From: Fimbriosthenelais zetlandica
Taxonomy: Eukaryota
Direction: 5' to 3'
NCBI GenBank assembly: GCA_977030845.1
Contig: OZ365116.1
Location: 16,492,001 to 16,556,000, forward strand
DNA length: 64,000 bases
Shown: positions 25,171 to 38,599 of the stretch, in pieces
Position numbering within the stretch: the first letter of the stretch is position 1
Layout: the number at the start of each line of letters is the position of its first letter
Translations under genes and position numbers: made by a program
The notes under the pieces: generated by a model
What the model was told of the DNA's origin: nothing
Databases searched by the model: none
What the model saw: only the letters and a program-made list of their open reading frames with translations

Positions 25171-25399
25171 TATATTTGAATTAGTGCGTCTGCTCTTCCT
25201 TCAAGGCCCAGACCGTTAGGTGCCTATTTTATGATCTTCTAGCCGAAAATTTGGCCAGTAGTCATAGAAACTACCCCTAATCTAGATCCCCTTTCCCAGA
25301 GGCATAGACTCAATAGAAAAGCGGTATATATATGGTAGTTCCGATGTCCCATTGCAGTTCGATCGCCCCAGCCTTTCCCAGTGCTCCAGTGAGAAGCTA

Positions 25400-27500
25400 G
25401 ACCCATGAATGAAGTGCTTTAGTTTATCTCTTGCCCCCCAGGGGGCCAGCAAACAAGTGTAGAATGGGAGGGCTGGTAACAAACGCCCCAATCTTACACC
25501 CCGAGGGGGGCTCCAGTTGCCCCCATCTTTAACGATTGGCAGTACAAGACTAGCGATCTTTCTCAAGAGAGCGGTATTGATGTGCTACTCTGAGAATAGG
25601 TGTATGTAAATAGAATTTGCCGTATCTCTCAAGTACTTCTAATGCTATAGGTCCATATATTTTTGAAGAATTTTATAAGTCTTTTAGGTGCATACGAGTT
25701 GGCTGGCATGATCAAGGTGTACTGCTGGCACCGATATGTGGCAGGCATCCTTGTCTCTCTCCCCTTGCTCCCGCTCCTCCTCCCTATACTCTCCTTCCCT
25801 CTCCCCCTCTCCATTTTTCATGCCGTACTTATCAACTCACGCCTTTCAATGAATATGTAAAATTTCCCCTTCCAGGAAGAGTGTCTCCTGTACCGTTTTA
25901 TTGTGCTCGTAAATGACCAGGAAGATGGGGTGTTGGTTACACAAGCCTGGGAATAGTAGTGTATAGTTGGCCTTTGCGAAGGGCAGATGTATCCGTGCTA
26001 TTCTCCTGCAGGGGAACAGAATGCCAGTGGCACTGTGACGTCCATGAGACGTCCCTAAACATATCTCTATATTGTAATGGTAGAGCCACGTCCTCAGTCT
26101 CTTTTATTCATTAAAACCCCAGCAGACCGAGGACCTGACGTCTGATGTTGTAAAGGAGATAAAATAAGCTCAAAATGCAAGATTTCTGAAGTTTATGAAA
26201 TGAATATGAGCTGAATTATGCCATAGAAAGGTGGCATTCTCCTGGCAGAATGTACAGGGTGCCCCTGAACACAGATTATTTATCAAACATGACTTTTCCT
26301 GTGTACACTCGGCGCAGCCATATTGCTTGCTATGACAAGGATAGCTTTACATCACTAAGTGATATTGGAAATACAAACTCTGTCACTGTCATTCATCCTA
26401 CTGCTACAACAGACGTGTCCACCCCATAAATATATCACATCATAAGAAACTTTCCTTATACATGTATCCGATCTTATGCTTTCTCGCACAGAAATGTCTT
26501 GGAAAATTGCATCTTTTCCATTCTTTCTTTTGGACTGGTTCAAAATGTTGGAAGTTAAAATTGTTAATGGTTTGGGGGCTGGTTCAAGGGGCAACCCCCA
26601 TTAACTTCTTGTATTTATTGCTATTTCAATTTGCGGGTTGTGAAGATTGTCGCACGGTCTGTGACATGTTACATTGTTGTCGTGCATTAACCCAGACCTG
26701 CGGGGTTACAGCTGATTGGGCATTCCCATGATCAAATGCAGGACAGCCTCAATTTGAGCAATCCTTTTAAATTTCTATTTCACCTAGTAAAAGTTTGATC
26801 CCATCCTAAATTGTCTTTGATTGGGCTTCAAAAGGCTTTGAGAAAATAACCTGTGGCTTTTCCAATCATCGGAGACCTCTGTTTCGGGGGGAATTTGGGA
26901 TTTTGTGTTCTTTTGAAGAGGTTTTCAAGCCGGTGGACATGGGGGACCGGACGTGCGATTCATGTTACAACACCTCTTTGTAACTATAGAGAAAAACAAA
27001 AATGCGGCAGGAAAATGAGAACATCTTGAAGTCTGAGACGGTGGAAATGGAGCGATACGGCTTGCGAAAAAATAAACACATCCAAAATGTAACGATAATA
27101 TATTAAATGTGGAATTCAATAATAAATGGGTCCATAACAACACAAAATATAGCTTTAAATCTACGTGAAATGAAAACAGGCGGTTGGATATTGTCCTTTT
27201 CACTATCAGTTTAATGTGGCTAAGGTGTGGCCTTGAGAAATCTGTGATCTCTAACCGGCTTAGTGCTAAAAGCAGGTCTGTACATGACAGCTTTAGTTAA
27301 GTCTATCTATAGTGCCTTTTATCAAGCAAATGTAGCAGAAATGTGTAGGTGAGTGATGGCGGTTTCTGGCTACTGCTTTGGTCAAACGCTAAATCAGGAC
27401 TACTTTGACCATGCTTATGATGTTCATGGCGTGTTGCTTCTACAAAGCTAATTGTCTATGCCAACCGCACATATATCTGAAAGTAAATATTGAGGCAGGT
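25400..27500 (-). mobile_element. Penelope-like near-whole RT + GIY-YIG fossil
   Basis: In order over ~2.1 kb: LLDKRHY (~L.D...Y); LYFVLLWTH...GC....AP (~FILTHNYF...G.AMG..FAP); AIFQDISV..IRSDTCIRK (~I.FLDI.I...T.LYRK); GHP (~GYP); SPPRGVRLGRLL...LLAP.G (~RGGD..LL...TL.P.G). Confidence 0.6.
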
Positions 27501-28419
27501 GTTTTGGCCTGACATTAACATAAATATTTTTTTTAAATTAGAAAAAATTGTCTAGCTCCACAGGGGCTTTCATTACCTGCTAACAATGATAAGTCATTCC
27601 AGCCTGGCGGAGCCCCGCGCCAAGACACCTTACAATAAAAATCAAATGATGTCATTTATTTTTCATATCTGACAGACAGCCTAGCAATCTCTGAGGCTAT
27701 GGGCATTAGTGAAGATATTAAAGTGCATATTAAAGATAATGAGCATTAGTTTCACTAATACCCAATATAGATGGGTAAACATGACTAAACCCTCTAATCT
27801 AAACTGGGTCACCTCTATTCTCTAAAGATGTTGAAATCTTTAGCTGTGTCAGTGATTGTTTATTGTGCAGTGACAATCGGGTACTGGTCATACCTATAGC
27901 TACTAGTGGCCAGGCTCAGTCTAGAGGGATAAAACAATACTACCTGTACATAACTCAATGTAGCATCACTATATCACATTGATGAATAGTACATGATCAG
28001 GTTAGACAGGGGATGCCTCTTCTCCAGCATTCCCTCCTTTACCAGCCGTTTCCTTTTAGTTGTCTTAACAGACATATTCTTTATAACAAAGCGTATATAC
28101 TCCCTTAATGCCATACAGACTTTCTCTACATGGGTGTATATTGTTTTCTTTTCATTTTGCTACTCCTTTTCACGAGGAAGCAAGCACTGATTGCAGTATA
28201 TTTCCCAAGCCGACTAGAAAGTCTAGAATGCCAACATTGCTTCTTAATTACTTTTAACCCATCTAATCCCACAACCACGCTTCAAAATGGTCCTACCAAC
28301 TGATCAAAAGATTTAAAAAGTCTCTAGGATACTGCTACTTCGAAAATGAGATCTATTTCAGTCATCTTATCTTGCCTCCTCTCGCGTTAATATTTTTACC
28401 TCAAAAATCCTTTACTTGA

Positions 28420-29200
28420 TCAAACTGCATTTTTACGGGGACTATATTTATCCCCGTTGTTTCGACTGACTGGTTTCTGATTCGAAGATACGTGTTTCAA
28501 TTTGAATCTTTCCAAACAGTTTTCACTGCCCCATTCCCAATATGTCCGTGTTCTAGTACATGTTTTGATTTTTGTTGTATAAAAATGTTCATAAAACTCA
28601 GGCAAAAATAATGTAAGGTCTGTATGGATGGATGATATGGGGAGAGTATTGGTTTCATTTAGATCCCTTGATTGCTTTTTCCCATGCACCGGATCGCTGC
28701 ATCCATTGCCTGCTATGGGCGTTCTAATGATCTGAACCCATGGCTGTACCTGCCATAATTTCTGTCACGGGTAATAATTATCTCACTGCTGCCTACTTAA
28801 TGAGCTCCGACCACGGCGTTACATTTGTTATCGTTAACTAAAATAAAACCTAAAATCCATATCCACTCTTGCTAATATATCTGTGTGAGATTACCAGTTT
28901 TTCATTATGCACCCATCTGGTACTGCCAATCTGCTGTCTATTTTAGAACAATAGCGCGAGTATAAGTCCATGTAAGTCTTATAAGGGATATGTCGTAAGC
29001 TCTTAAGACCATACTGGATCAACAGTATAGAGTATTCCCTTCTAGTGCCCGTAGAGTCGTCTTACATTCTAGATCTATTCTCCCTCATGACAAGGTAAGT
29101 CTGCGTGACAGGGAGAATCATTCTTATCATGTTCATGTGCTCCACCATTCATCTGCAGGCCGTCCTCGGGCTGATATCATACTAAATACAACTCCCCGAT
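28420..29200 (-). mobile_element. L1/Tx1-clade ORF2 fossil (endonuclease to linker)
   Basis: TRREYS (~REYS.YS..H..YSRID) at ~29030, then PEFYEHFY (~F..FY..LY) and NNGDKYSP (~NGKSPGPDG) in ORF 28420-28689. Confidence 0.4.
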
Positions 29201-29699
29201 TAGCCATAATCCGCCTAGACTAACAGTCTCTCTATATAGACTGCCAGCCTCAATGGAAAATAATATAAAGAATGGAAATATCGTGACGTGAAATATCATG
29301 GTTCAACTATTACACTGCCACAAACTGCTGGTCCTTCAACTTCAAGACAGCATATATATATAGGCTTCTAATATATACTATAGTCTGTTTAATGGAGTTA
29401 AACGTTACTTCATCAAAATTTTCAGTGCCTTCTTGATACAGTGAGCCTATACTCTTTATTCATGTTGGACAGCCTGTAAAACACATATGTAAATGTTTAA
29501 ACCTGTGAATCCTCTAAAAATCGGCTGAGATATGGGCAAGACTTTTTGGTCCATGTTGGGTATATAGATTCACTTTCTTCCCTTCAGGTATGTTTAAGGC
29601 TTCTTTCGAGTCCCGTCAGGGATGTCTTAAGAGTTGTCTTCAGCCTTGAGGATATGAGTGTGTCTATGCCTAGAACTTCAAACGCGTCTTGGTAAAAAC

Positions 29700-30151
29700 T
29701 TAATAACCTGCAATAGTCAGCTCTTTCAGCGTGCCGGGTACTGGCTGTGTCGGGGCGTGAGGCTGGGGGATTGCGTATGACAAAGCAGTTATTTGCCAAG
29801 AGATAACATCGTGCCCCCTACCTACCTGCCGTTGCCAGGTGTAAGAATGGTTTTTGTCAGGCCTCTCTACATACGCTGACAATATATGCTGTCCCTCGTG
29901 TGTGCACATCACCATAACAAGACTCTCTGCTGTGCTCACATGATTTTTATCCCCACTTAGTGATGGCTGATTCTTCTGCCTCCCATATTATCCCCTGCAA
30001 CGTCCTCCTTTGATAAATTTCTACGAATTAATCGAAGCTTGTATTGATGCTTCTCCCTCAGCGGTTTTATGAATTTTAAATGCTTAGCAAGTGAAAATGT
30101 TATTGGCAGTCTTTGCGCCTGATCAGACTCAACAATTTTCCATCCATGCAT
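29700..30151 (-). mobile_element. Penelope-like linker/GIY-YIG fossil
   Basis: RLPITFS...IKPLREKHQYKL (~R.FIT.Y..I..I..KHW.IL), then ITALSYAIPQP (~C.T..V.Y.I.CP). Confidence 0.4.
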
Positions 30152-30239
30152 GTTGAGTGTTTGTTCATCGAGTTATTGACAGGGGGTGTTATTTCATCCC
30201 CTTAGATTGAGCCTGGTCATCTCTGGACAGGTGAGGCAC

Positions 30240-30600
30240 TGCTCAAATGAAGTCAGCCATTGGACTGAGAAAAGCCATATGAAGGAGGCAATCAGATGGA
30301 GCTTAGAACAAACAGTCTGAGAACACCCCGGACTCCTTTATATCCAGAATATCCCCACAATCCCCACTATTTTCATCTAAACTCACACTTCACACAAGTT
30401 TTCAGACTCGGCATTTGTGGCCTGCCTTCTGCTCGTCTGCGGGCTGGGAGGAATGCTCGTGGTGGGACGAGTGGAGCACCTCACTATTGTGTCAAGAGCA
30501 ACACGCATGTTGTTTATACGGTTTTCTATTACCCCGTACAAACACAAGCCCATTGAATACGCGGCAAAAAGCTCACTGTGCGAGTCTGGCACCAAGGTTT
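30240..30600 (+). mobile_element. Penelope-like fragments (internally deleted)
   Basis: aagccatatgaaggaggcaatcagatg = KPYEGGNQM (~KPADKGGNIV.M); PRTPLY; SNTHVVY (~C.S.HVVY). Confidence 0.4.
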
Positions 30601-30924
30601 TTCCACAGAGAATCGGTGACAGCGGGCATTGATTCGGGCTGCGCTTCAAATGTTTATCTACACGATTTGTCACAGTGTCTGTGACAGGCGTTTTCCTCCG
30701 TTCGGGGCCCATGTGATGAGCAAGGGGCCCAGAAACATGTATAATGAATTCAGCCTGTGTAGCCACATACTGTGAGAAGGGCGAGGGTGAAGAAGCAGTT
30801 AACATTGGTTTATATTGCTGGTCTATTTGATTAGGTGGCGAGATAAATGGATAAAGTTGATTAAATTCAGTGGGTATCAGTTGGCATGATGCAAATCAAT
30901 ACAAGGTTTTCCTGGTGAGGCTTC

Positions 30925-31075
30925 CTGGGAGGAGGAAGAAGGGAAGATAGAAAAGGGGCAGTAGGAGAAGGTTGTGGGTGTGAGCCAAGAAGGAAGAGTG
31001 TGTGGGGAAGTGAGAAAGGAGGAGAAAGTAAGGAGGTTGTTTGGGGGGAAACAGTGACAGATATATAAGGAAAGA
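30925..31075 (+). repeat. Purine-rich (GA) low-complexity tract
   Basis: ggaggaggaagaagggaagatagaaaagggg...gagaaaggaggagaaagtaaggagg. Confidence 0.55.
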
Positions 31076-31929
31076 AGCGGGATGGAGCGTTGTTCGTTCA
31101 GAGAGGTCATGTACAAAGATTAGATCAGATACAAGCATCTCACATTGAATATATAACGACTCATCTATTATCCTATAACTATTTAATAAACATTTAAATC
31201 CAGTCTCATTCACTTCAGTATCACTCCAGTCACTCCCATGGGCCATTCTCATGCAGGTCAGATCTCAGCACACTGATTTACATGACAAAAACCTTGATTA
31301 CTTTACCAGACTTAACTAATTCAAGGCTTCAAGTTGGGTGTGCCTCTCCATGGCTCCAAATAAGTTTTTTACTCGCCAAATATCCCATGTCCTCCCTATC
31401 TTATTGGAACATTTCCAACTCTCATAACATCAAGAGTCGTAAAGGATTTACTGTGATGGGTCGAAGCTTTAATCTTTTGGCAATATGTTCTGGGACTAAA
31501 AAAAACTTCAATCGCAAATTTGTATCTCTGATACTGAAGAATTAATTTTCATTGGCTTTTCTGTAAAAATAATGTTTATCTTGATTACAATGTAATTCAA
31601 AACGGATAAAGTTTCATTTCTCTTCTTTTTCATATCCGTCTTACCGCGATAGGTAATTCAATATTCTCATTTATGTTAGATTGAAGGTTGAATACTGAAG
31701 TTTCTAATTTATTGAGAGGTGTTCTTAAAACTAAGGGGAGAAAAACAAAACTTATTATATATAAATAATAAGGAAGTTACCAACTCCGTATCTGATTATA
31801 TCCGGACTTATTGTGTCCCCTGATGTGACAGCCATTACTGAGCTATTCATATGACATATGAAAGGGAGAAGCATAAGAAAATATAATCTGCCTCTCATTT
31901 CTAAAGGTCATATGGCTTGATGAATATAA

Positions 31930-32990
31930 ACAATGGATAACATTTAGTACGTTTAGATGCAAGAATTAGACTTAATCTCTGCCCTGAAAGAATTGAATTC
32001 CCTACCGTGCCACCCCTGGGGCTGAGAGCAGTCGTTCTGTTTCCTACATGCTGATATTGCATACATATTAATCCCTTCGTACAGGGTTTACCTTGGTCCA
32101 ATATCCCCCGAGCCTAACCCCTTTTAATGCCATTCCGAAAAGGGTTCGTTTCCCACGCGAAAACCTAATCGTCAATCTCAGAGCCTTCCGCCTTTTTCCA
32201 CATTGAGGGGCGGAGGGAGAATTGAGAGGAAATAGATTGCATTAGAGGGTAAACCAATGTTTGTTTACCTCCCCTTCATTAGTATTCTGGCTTTCCAAGA
32301 AGGTTGGCAGGACCCTGTGACACTTGTCTAATTTTGGGCTTGGCTGCTTCAATGTACAATACACCGAATCAATGGGCAGGGCTAGGAAGTGTAGGGTGAA
32401 GTCAATAGTCTTGGGGCTAATTTAGACCTGCTAGTTTTCACTTATTTTGAGTGAAGCAAGAATAGTAATGGACACTTCTGTAATAACAAAAAATCCCAGC
32501 TAAATTAGGTTGCTTTCCAATTTGCTGTAATGCACATTGCACTTCTCTTCATAATTGCCATTTATTGAGAAATATCTGATATAATATTTATCGTCAATAA
32601 TATCTCGACAGATTTCACTTTTCACTGTACAATTGAACTTGAAAAGCGAACAATGCAGGCCCTTAAAATTGGCAGGCAATATGTCACGTGTCAATGTCGA
32701 GCATCTCCAATATCTGAGCAGGGTTTTGGCGCTCGAGAAAGGCAACCTTTCACTTAGCAATAGATCAAATAGACATTTATGTCTGACAATTAAGTAATGT
32801 TGTTCATATTGGGGGAGTATATTTATGTGTGCTTGATTAGTAGTGGTGGTCGGAGTCTCCTGGGAATGGGATAATATTTCACCTAGGCAATCCAACTAGA
32901 CTCGAGCCATCTGTTATCCAAAGCCAGAGTGGTTTAAGAGCTGGGAGTCAGACAAGTCCTAGCTTTCCACCTCTTTCTTCAGGGAAATTC
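31930..32990 (-). mobile_element. Penelope-like RT-thumb to GIY-YIG fossil (3' part)
   Basis: ORF 32500-32895 LPFSSAKTLLRYWRCST (~IPFSQFLRLRRICS), YIRYFSINGNY (~RFIT.YN); VYC; ORF 31901-32101 SPRGG..GNSIL (~RGGD..LL). Confidence 0.6.
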
Positions 32991-32999
32991 CAGGCAATT

Positions 33000-33620
33000 C
33001 ATGGATCCCTGTACAAGAAATGCAAGAGATTGCATTTTAACATTTTTCGTCGTTTCTTCAGTGAAATTCCGCGTTAAAGCGAGTGGCGTACGTCTTTAAT
33101 TGATCTTCACTTAAAGAAACTTTAAGAACAGTCTGAAGGCATATCTTAAAGGATGTCTTAATCGATTGAGACCTGAGTGGATCATCTATGGCCATAAATT
33201 TGATTGCTTATTCATCTAAATGCAGGCTCACCCTCTGGTCTGGTAGGAATACCTTGTAGCACTTCCCATGGTAGGCTTTCTGACCAGCCTTATAAGATAA
33301 ATCATGACAGGGCTGTCCCCCTCCCAGCCTTGCCATCCATCCCCTTCCCGTCCACCCTAATGACTTAACTGTCATGGCCATGACGGAGCGTATTTGCTCT
33401 CATCCCTGCACCCTGTTCCCCCTTTACATGGTTATTCTTTGACGCTGACAGCAATGGCTGGAGGGGCGTCATATGGTCACCACCAGTCACCGTCCCATGG
33501 CTTTATTGGATAATTCCATGGTTTCCATGGTAAAGCCATAGATATATTAATTAAGCTAACACAGGAAGGGCTATTGTTGGCTATTAGAGCCACCTTCATG
33601 TGCCCATGCAGTGTGATTGG
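33000..33620 (+). mobile_element. Possible PIF/Harbinger remnant (TCTTAA-rich end plus transposase-like words)
   Basis: atcttaaaggatgtcttaa cluster at 33142-33161; WLFFDADS (~WLLGDS.Y) at ~33428 and AIRATF (~IERTF) at ~33580. Weak. Confidence 0.3.
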
Positions 33621-33869
33621 ATAATGCCGCCTTGGATTATGGATGTTGGCGGGGCGATTGGATGACAAAAGCAAGATTTATACTTAATCTCACGGGTTAA
33701 GACGCAGCACAAAACCTGTTCTGCTTTGTCAGCTGCTCCTGGGAAAAACCCATCATTTAATCAGGGGACTTAGACCTGTTTTAGTGCCACGATTAATAAC
33801 GATAAACTTGCCAGCCGTGTAATCACACCGCATTGTATTATACTTTATGACAAAACTCCCCATATGTGC

Positions 33870-34210
33870 TCGCTACTGTATTTGAATAATATTTTCGCCC
33901 AGCTGTAAATTCATTCCCACTTGGGAATATTTTAAATGTAACCGTAGATAATTGTTTTCATATATGATAACTGTCATATTTAGTAATAAAAATTCACTAC
34001 CTCCAGAGCTGATATGTACCCCCCAGAAATGTGGAAATATGTACTGCACAAGGATTAGTAACAAAATTGCCAGTCAGATGGATGGGATTGACTTCACATA
34101 ACTTTCTGTTTATGTTTATAAATGAGAGACACAAAATGGTGACTGGAAAGGCAACACATGTCCTCCACTCTCTGTTAGATATTTGCTGGCGAAATATTTT
34201 CTCATTCAAA
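33870..34210 (-). mobile_element. Penelope-like RT fossil (5' part)
   Basis: SFININ.KL (~SYIKD); NFVTNPCAVHIST (~LVT.DV.SLYT); EFLLLNMTVIIYENNYL..KYSQV (~FLL.L..IL.NNYF.F..Y.Q). Confidence 0.55.
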
Positions 34211-35529
34211 GCAGATGATCCTAATTGAAACTACTAATCTCAAATACACCTTGTATTTATGTGCCTCTGCACAGCAGTGAGGGATTCGGTTCCTGTTCCC
34301 AAAGAACAGAAATTCCCAGCAATTCACAGGTCTGAATAGTATAATATAAAGTATAATATAGGTCAGACCGCTCCCTATAAAGCCCTTGAGTCTTGAGCTA
34401 GTGGATCACTACCTTTTAGAATCTATTCCATCTCTCAGTGTATGCTAAACAGAAATGTTCGACAAAAATCTGCCGAGCTTGATAGAATGTTGGGCATTAA
34501 TGGAACAATCTAAGATGGTAAGGAGAAGAGACAAGCTGTTCTCCCTCTGAATACCTCATTTCAGCCCCACAGAGGATCACGGTGGTCTAATATTGGATGC
34601 GCTCCCAGGATGAGCCCAATTTTGAACGCAGTCTTTTTCCACTGCTAATAAATCCAAAGAAAATTGCACTACTTTCAAATTTCGGTAAATATACTGAGAG
34701 GTTAGAGGTTTATGAGGACAGTAATTGTTGATTTAATACCTGGGTTAGAAATATATTTAAAAATAATCTCCTCGCCCGAATGCAAGATTTTAATCTGGAG
34801 AACCGTATGCCTTTCCCTCCAGAGACCTAATCCAATTATTGACCCACTCTCTGTCAAAATGTGTCATGCAAGCAAATGATTTTCACCATAAATCTGATTA
34901 AAACGCCTCGACTTTTTGTCTCTGATCTATTTTCTTAAAATTCCTGCCGGGACTTTCTTCGGTTGGGCCGTTATCAATGCCCTGAACATGGATTTATGAG
35001 CCAAGAGACAAAGATGTCTTCAAGTGCAACCTAAATCTACTAAAGTTCCTTTACATCTAATGATAAATGTACTGGTCTTGAGGCACCACTCTACCCTCAT
35101 ATCCCCTTAACTTCCTCCCTCATTGTATACCCTAAACACCAATCCCCGCCCAAACCCACGCCTTCCCTCTTAAACATGGTCGCTAATACGCAAAATACAG
35201 TCCTTTGCATATTAGCTATATTTGAAGCAAAGGACATGATTTTTTAGAGTGTAAACTCATAGCCCCAGAGATCACGCCCTATCCCATCAGCGCCCACTCC
35301 CCCGTGCAAGAAAATTGCAACTGGAATGCAACGCAAGACAATCCAATAAAGCCAGCCCATCTCCTTGTTAATTCCCAGGGAAAACATCCCAGTAATTGCT
35401 ATTGGATGTAAGCAAAGTTTGGCCCAGCCTGCTTCTATCGTCTTAGTGGTATAGCGTCAGGATAGATAAGACATGGGGGAAAAACAATAGCAATAATTAA
35501 GAAGAAACCACTTGGGACACGGGCCTCAG

Positions 35530-35640
35530 GAAAGGTCTGAAGTGTATGAATTATTATGTCCCAGTTGGGGAGTACATAAGAAACAAGACAAATTCAGTTT
35601 AATTGAGCAGAAAACAATACAGAAATTTTGGATGTACTAT
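35530..35640 (+). mobile_element. Penelope-like GIY-YIG fossil
   Basis: EVYELLCPSWGV...LIEQ resembles VVYLL.CPCG..Y...RI.EH. Confidence 0.4.
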
Positions 35641-35931
35641 TTTACCTATCGTTTAATTCAAATCACACTTTCTTGCTTCGAAGCGTGTTCATTCTTACAT
35701 CAGTTTATTTCCAGCGTTTTCCATAACCATAAATCTTTTACTGTCTTCTGTTCTTCGTAGCTATATAAGAGTGACTTGGTGCGTGTATTAAATGTCAGAT
35801 TTGAGCAGAAAACAACATTTTCTTTGTATTAGATGCGTTCAATCAATGTATGGAACAGCAAAGATTAATTGAAATAGTTTCTTGTTGCTGAGCCCATCTT
35901 GTAAAGGAGAAGCGCTTTTAATTTGCATCGC

Positions 35932-36626
35932 TCAAAAAAGTAGCGAGAAAGAGGAAGTTTTTCTCTGGCTAATCATATTGTGGGTAGAAATATTATGGTT
36001 TACATTAGTAAATGGCTGGGAAACTTGAATATCAAAACATGGTTTCCAATTGAAATTGTTATTGGAACTGACGTAGGTTTCAAAACCATACACTGAAATC
36101 TGTGGAGTTCTCAAGTCGTCAGCCATAAAGACATAGCTTAACACAAGGTATTTAACTTAAGTCTTTATGTTGACCATCTGTCTGAATTTAGTAGATGTAC
36201 CCTCATTGTTCAGGCTTCTCATGTGTTTAAGGTTATCCATCATACGCCTGCTCAGTGGATCCAGGCCCTATATTTTAAATATTGTATTTTATTTGAATTT
36301 GCTTTAGAAAAGCCATTGACATAGACATAGATCATACCTGTATTATATGCAGTAGATGGTTATAATGGTTGTTGTTTTTCCCGGCCATGGAAGCAGTCAC
36401 TGTTGTATTTTATCTCCGAGTCAATGGCGGAAGCAAATAAATCACAGTTAGTGAAGAACCTGATGCCTTGCTTCGACAAGACAGTTTTTACAATGTGATT
36501 CATACATGAAAATATCTCATGAATAGAAAATGAGGTGCCGTAAGATCCAAACACTGTTCTACCTAGACCTGTTATAAAAATGTGAACCGGTGTTGTGGAT
36601 ATAAGAGTGGCGTGTCCGGCTAACAA
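35932..36626 (-). mobile_element. Penelope-like RT fossil
   Basis: TPVHIF..GRTVFGSYGT (~P.FY...GRPIVSG.GS), then MADDL...FETYVSSNNNFNWK..FDI (~YIDDL...F...LN.N..NLKF...FLD). Confidence 0.55.
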
Positions 36627-37989
36627 TTAAACCCACAGTCAGGCTGGCATCCCTACATGTTCTTCACTGCCATCTTATGTAATTCACTGAATGGAAGACA
36701 GAAAGCTTCTGGCAGTTTTTGTGAATTCAGGGTGGAACCCAGGCTATTGATTTTCTGAGCTAACCCTCCTCCTGATATGCGCCCCTCTCTCTACCTGTTT
36801 GTCAGTTATTTTCCAGCATTTAATTTAGAGCGTAGGCTTGAGAATTGAGTTCAGTTTAGTCAGTGGAAGTTCTATTCCTTATATCAGTGATATATGGGTC
36901 TCAATCTTGGCTAAACTCCCAATGGAAAAGCTTTTTCCCTCCTGTATTTACTAAAGCAATTCTGTTTCCAAGTCGAGCCATTGTGATTGATATTGACTGA
37001 TAATGTTTGTATTCATTTTGAAAGGACCGATAAGCAAATTTACCAAACCTTCTGAAGCTGAATACTCAAGATGCGTCTGCAGTTGGGAATGACGGATGGT
37101 CGGAAATACTTTGATATTCCGATGTTGAGCCATCGTCATCATTCAAGATTCCAAAAATGCTTGAATAAAATCATTCCCCGTCCCATGGGCATTGTGCGTG
37201 CCTTTTCCTTATAGTCGTGGTTCTCGAAAGGAAACCAAACTCTACTCGTCATACATATTTACTGTTGTGAGACGATGTATCTCCATCCAACAGGTGAAAA
37301 AAGGGGAAGCTGGGTATTATTCATGAGGCAGGGAGATGGTTGATGGGGGAAAATTGAGGATCTTAATCTAGATCCATCATTCCTACATGAATATGTATGT
37401 CTTTACCTCCCATAATCCTCGAAAACACGAGAAAGCATTTATTTCAAGGATAGCGTGATTAATTTACTTCATTTGTTTCTTCTTGAAATACATAGAAATC
37501 CATATTTTTAATCGGGGGTTCAGTGCAATTCATCCCAGTTTCGCACCTAGGACATACTATAGATTGCCAGTGGATCAAGACTCTTTAGTCTTCCTCAAGG
37601 CATTAATATAGGTGATGGCTTTAACCCCTGGTATTGACAATAGGTATGTAGTCAAACCTGGACACTAAATGACAAATCAGTGAACATGCCTCGCCCATGT
37701 TTGCTAATAAAGCCATATTTGTTTAAGGTGAATGAAATCAAATAAACTGGCTGTGACAAGATGATCTCAATGCAGATCACGTAGAACTTAATGGCCTCCA
37801 TAGTGAACAGTTCCATTCAGTTATGAAAATATCCTTAAAAAGGTCAGTTTTATAGAGGCTCAGAGGAGGGACACTGAATCAGTAATGAAGGACGGGCCTC
37901 CGGGGTAGTCGCTCGGTTGCAGTGTCAAATTTCCAATCCGTGATTGGTCTAGGACATTATTAATTCTTTGAAGGTAAATCCACTGAGGT

Positions 37990-38110
37990 GAGCTTAACGC
38001 AAACTTAAGACTATCCTAAAGGCAAGTTTCTGAGGTTCAGTGGGTCTACCTTAACGCTAGAAGATGGCGGACAGTAGATATATACTCCTCAGCAAAGTGC
38101 TGAATGCTTG
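37990..38110 (+). mobile_element. Penelope-like RT-thumb fossil
   Basis: tat cct aaa ggc aag ttt ctg agg = YPKGKFLR (~IPKGQFLR) at 38012-38035. Confidence 0.55.
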
Positions 38111-38599
38111 TTAAGTTTCGGAGACGACCCCCGGTCCTACATACCTTTGAGAGATGAATCATCATATCCTGATGTCTATGAAGGGACAAATAAATGTTCC
38201 CCTTGATGCTCTTAGACTAATAAAATCCTTTCAGAGGAACGCTCCAACGTGAATCAGCTGTGCTCAGGAAGAAGAGAGAAGCTTTGATTGTAGCATTTGG
38301 AGCTATTAATGATCTGTGGGGCGATACCAATTGTTGATACTGGCGTCAAAACTCCATTAGCCATTACATCCCCCATCCTACCATTTTACGACCCCATTCA
38401 ATGATATTAAGAATGATCCATGGGGGAAAAATATGGCCTAGATTCATCCGGGTGATTAAGATATGAAACTGTTCATAAAACCTCAAAAAAGACTGAGTCT
38501 TATACATACCATTAGTATGATGATCCTACATTTCTTACAATCACTATATCTCAGTGAGTCTCATGATCTCAGTTGGCTAGGTCAGGGTCTAAGGATCGA

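Noticed and set aside
30383-30805. Longest ORF in the window (140 aa, minus) and other 100-131 aa ORFs as cellular genes
   Set aside because: No recognisable cellular domain. The lengths fit random expectation or are explained by TE fossils, and I found no supportable exon chain.
32957-32986. Hammerhead-like motif on minus strand (ttcc-CTGAAGA...GAAA-gc-TA-gga)
   Set aside because: There is no G10.1-C11.1 stem II, and it falls where the Penelope RT coding sequence (W..PEE, before FLD) is expected. A partial match like this is plausible by chance.
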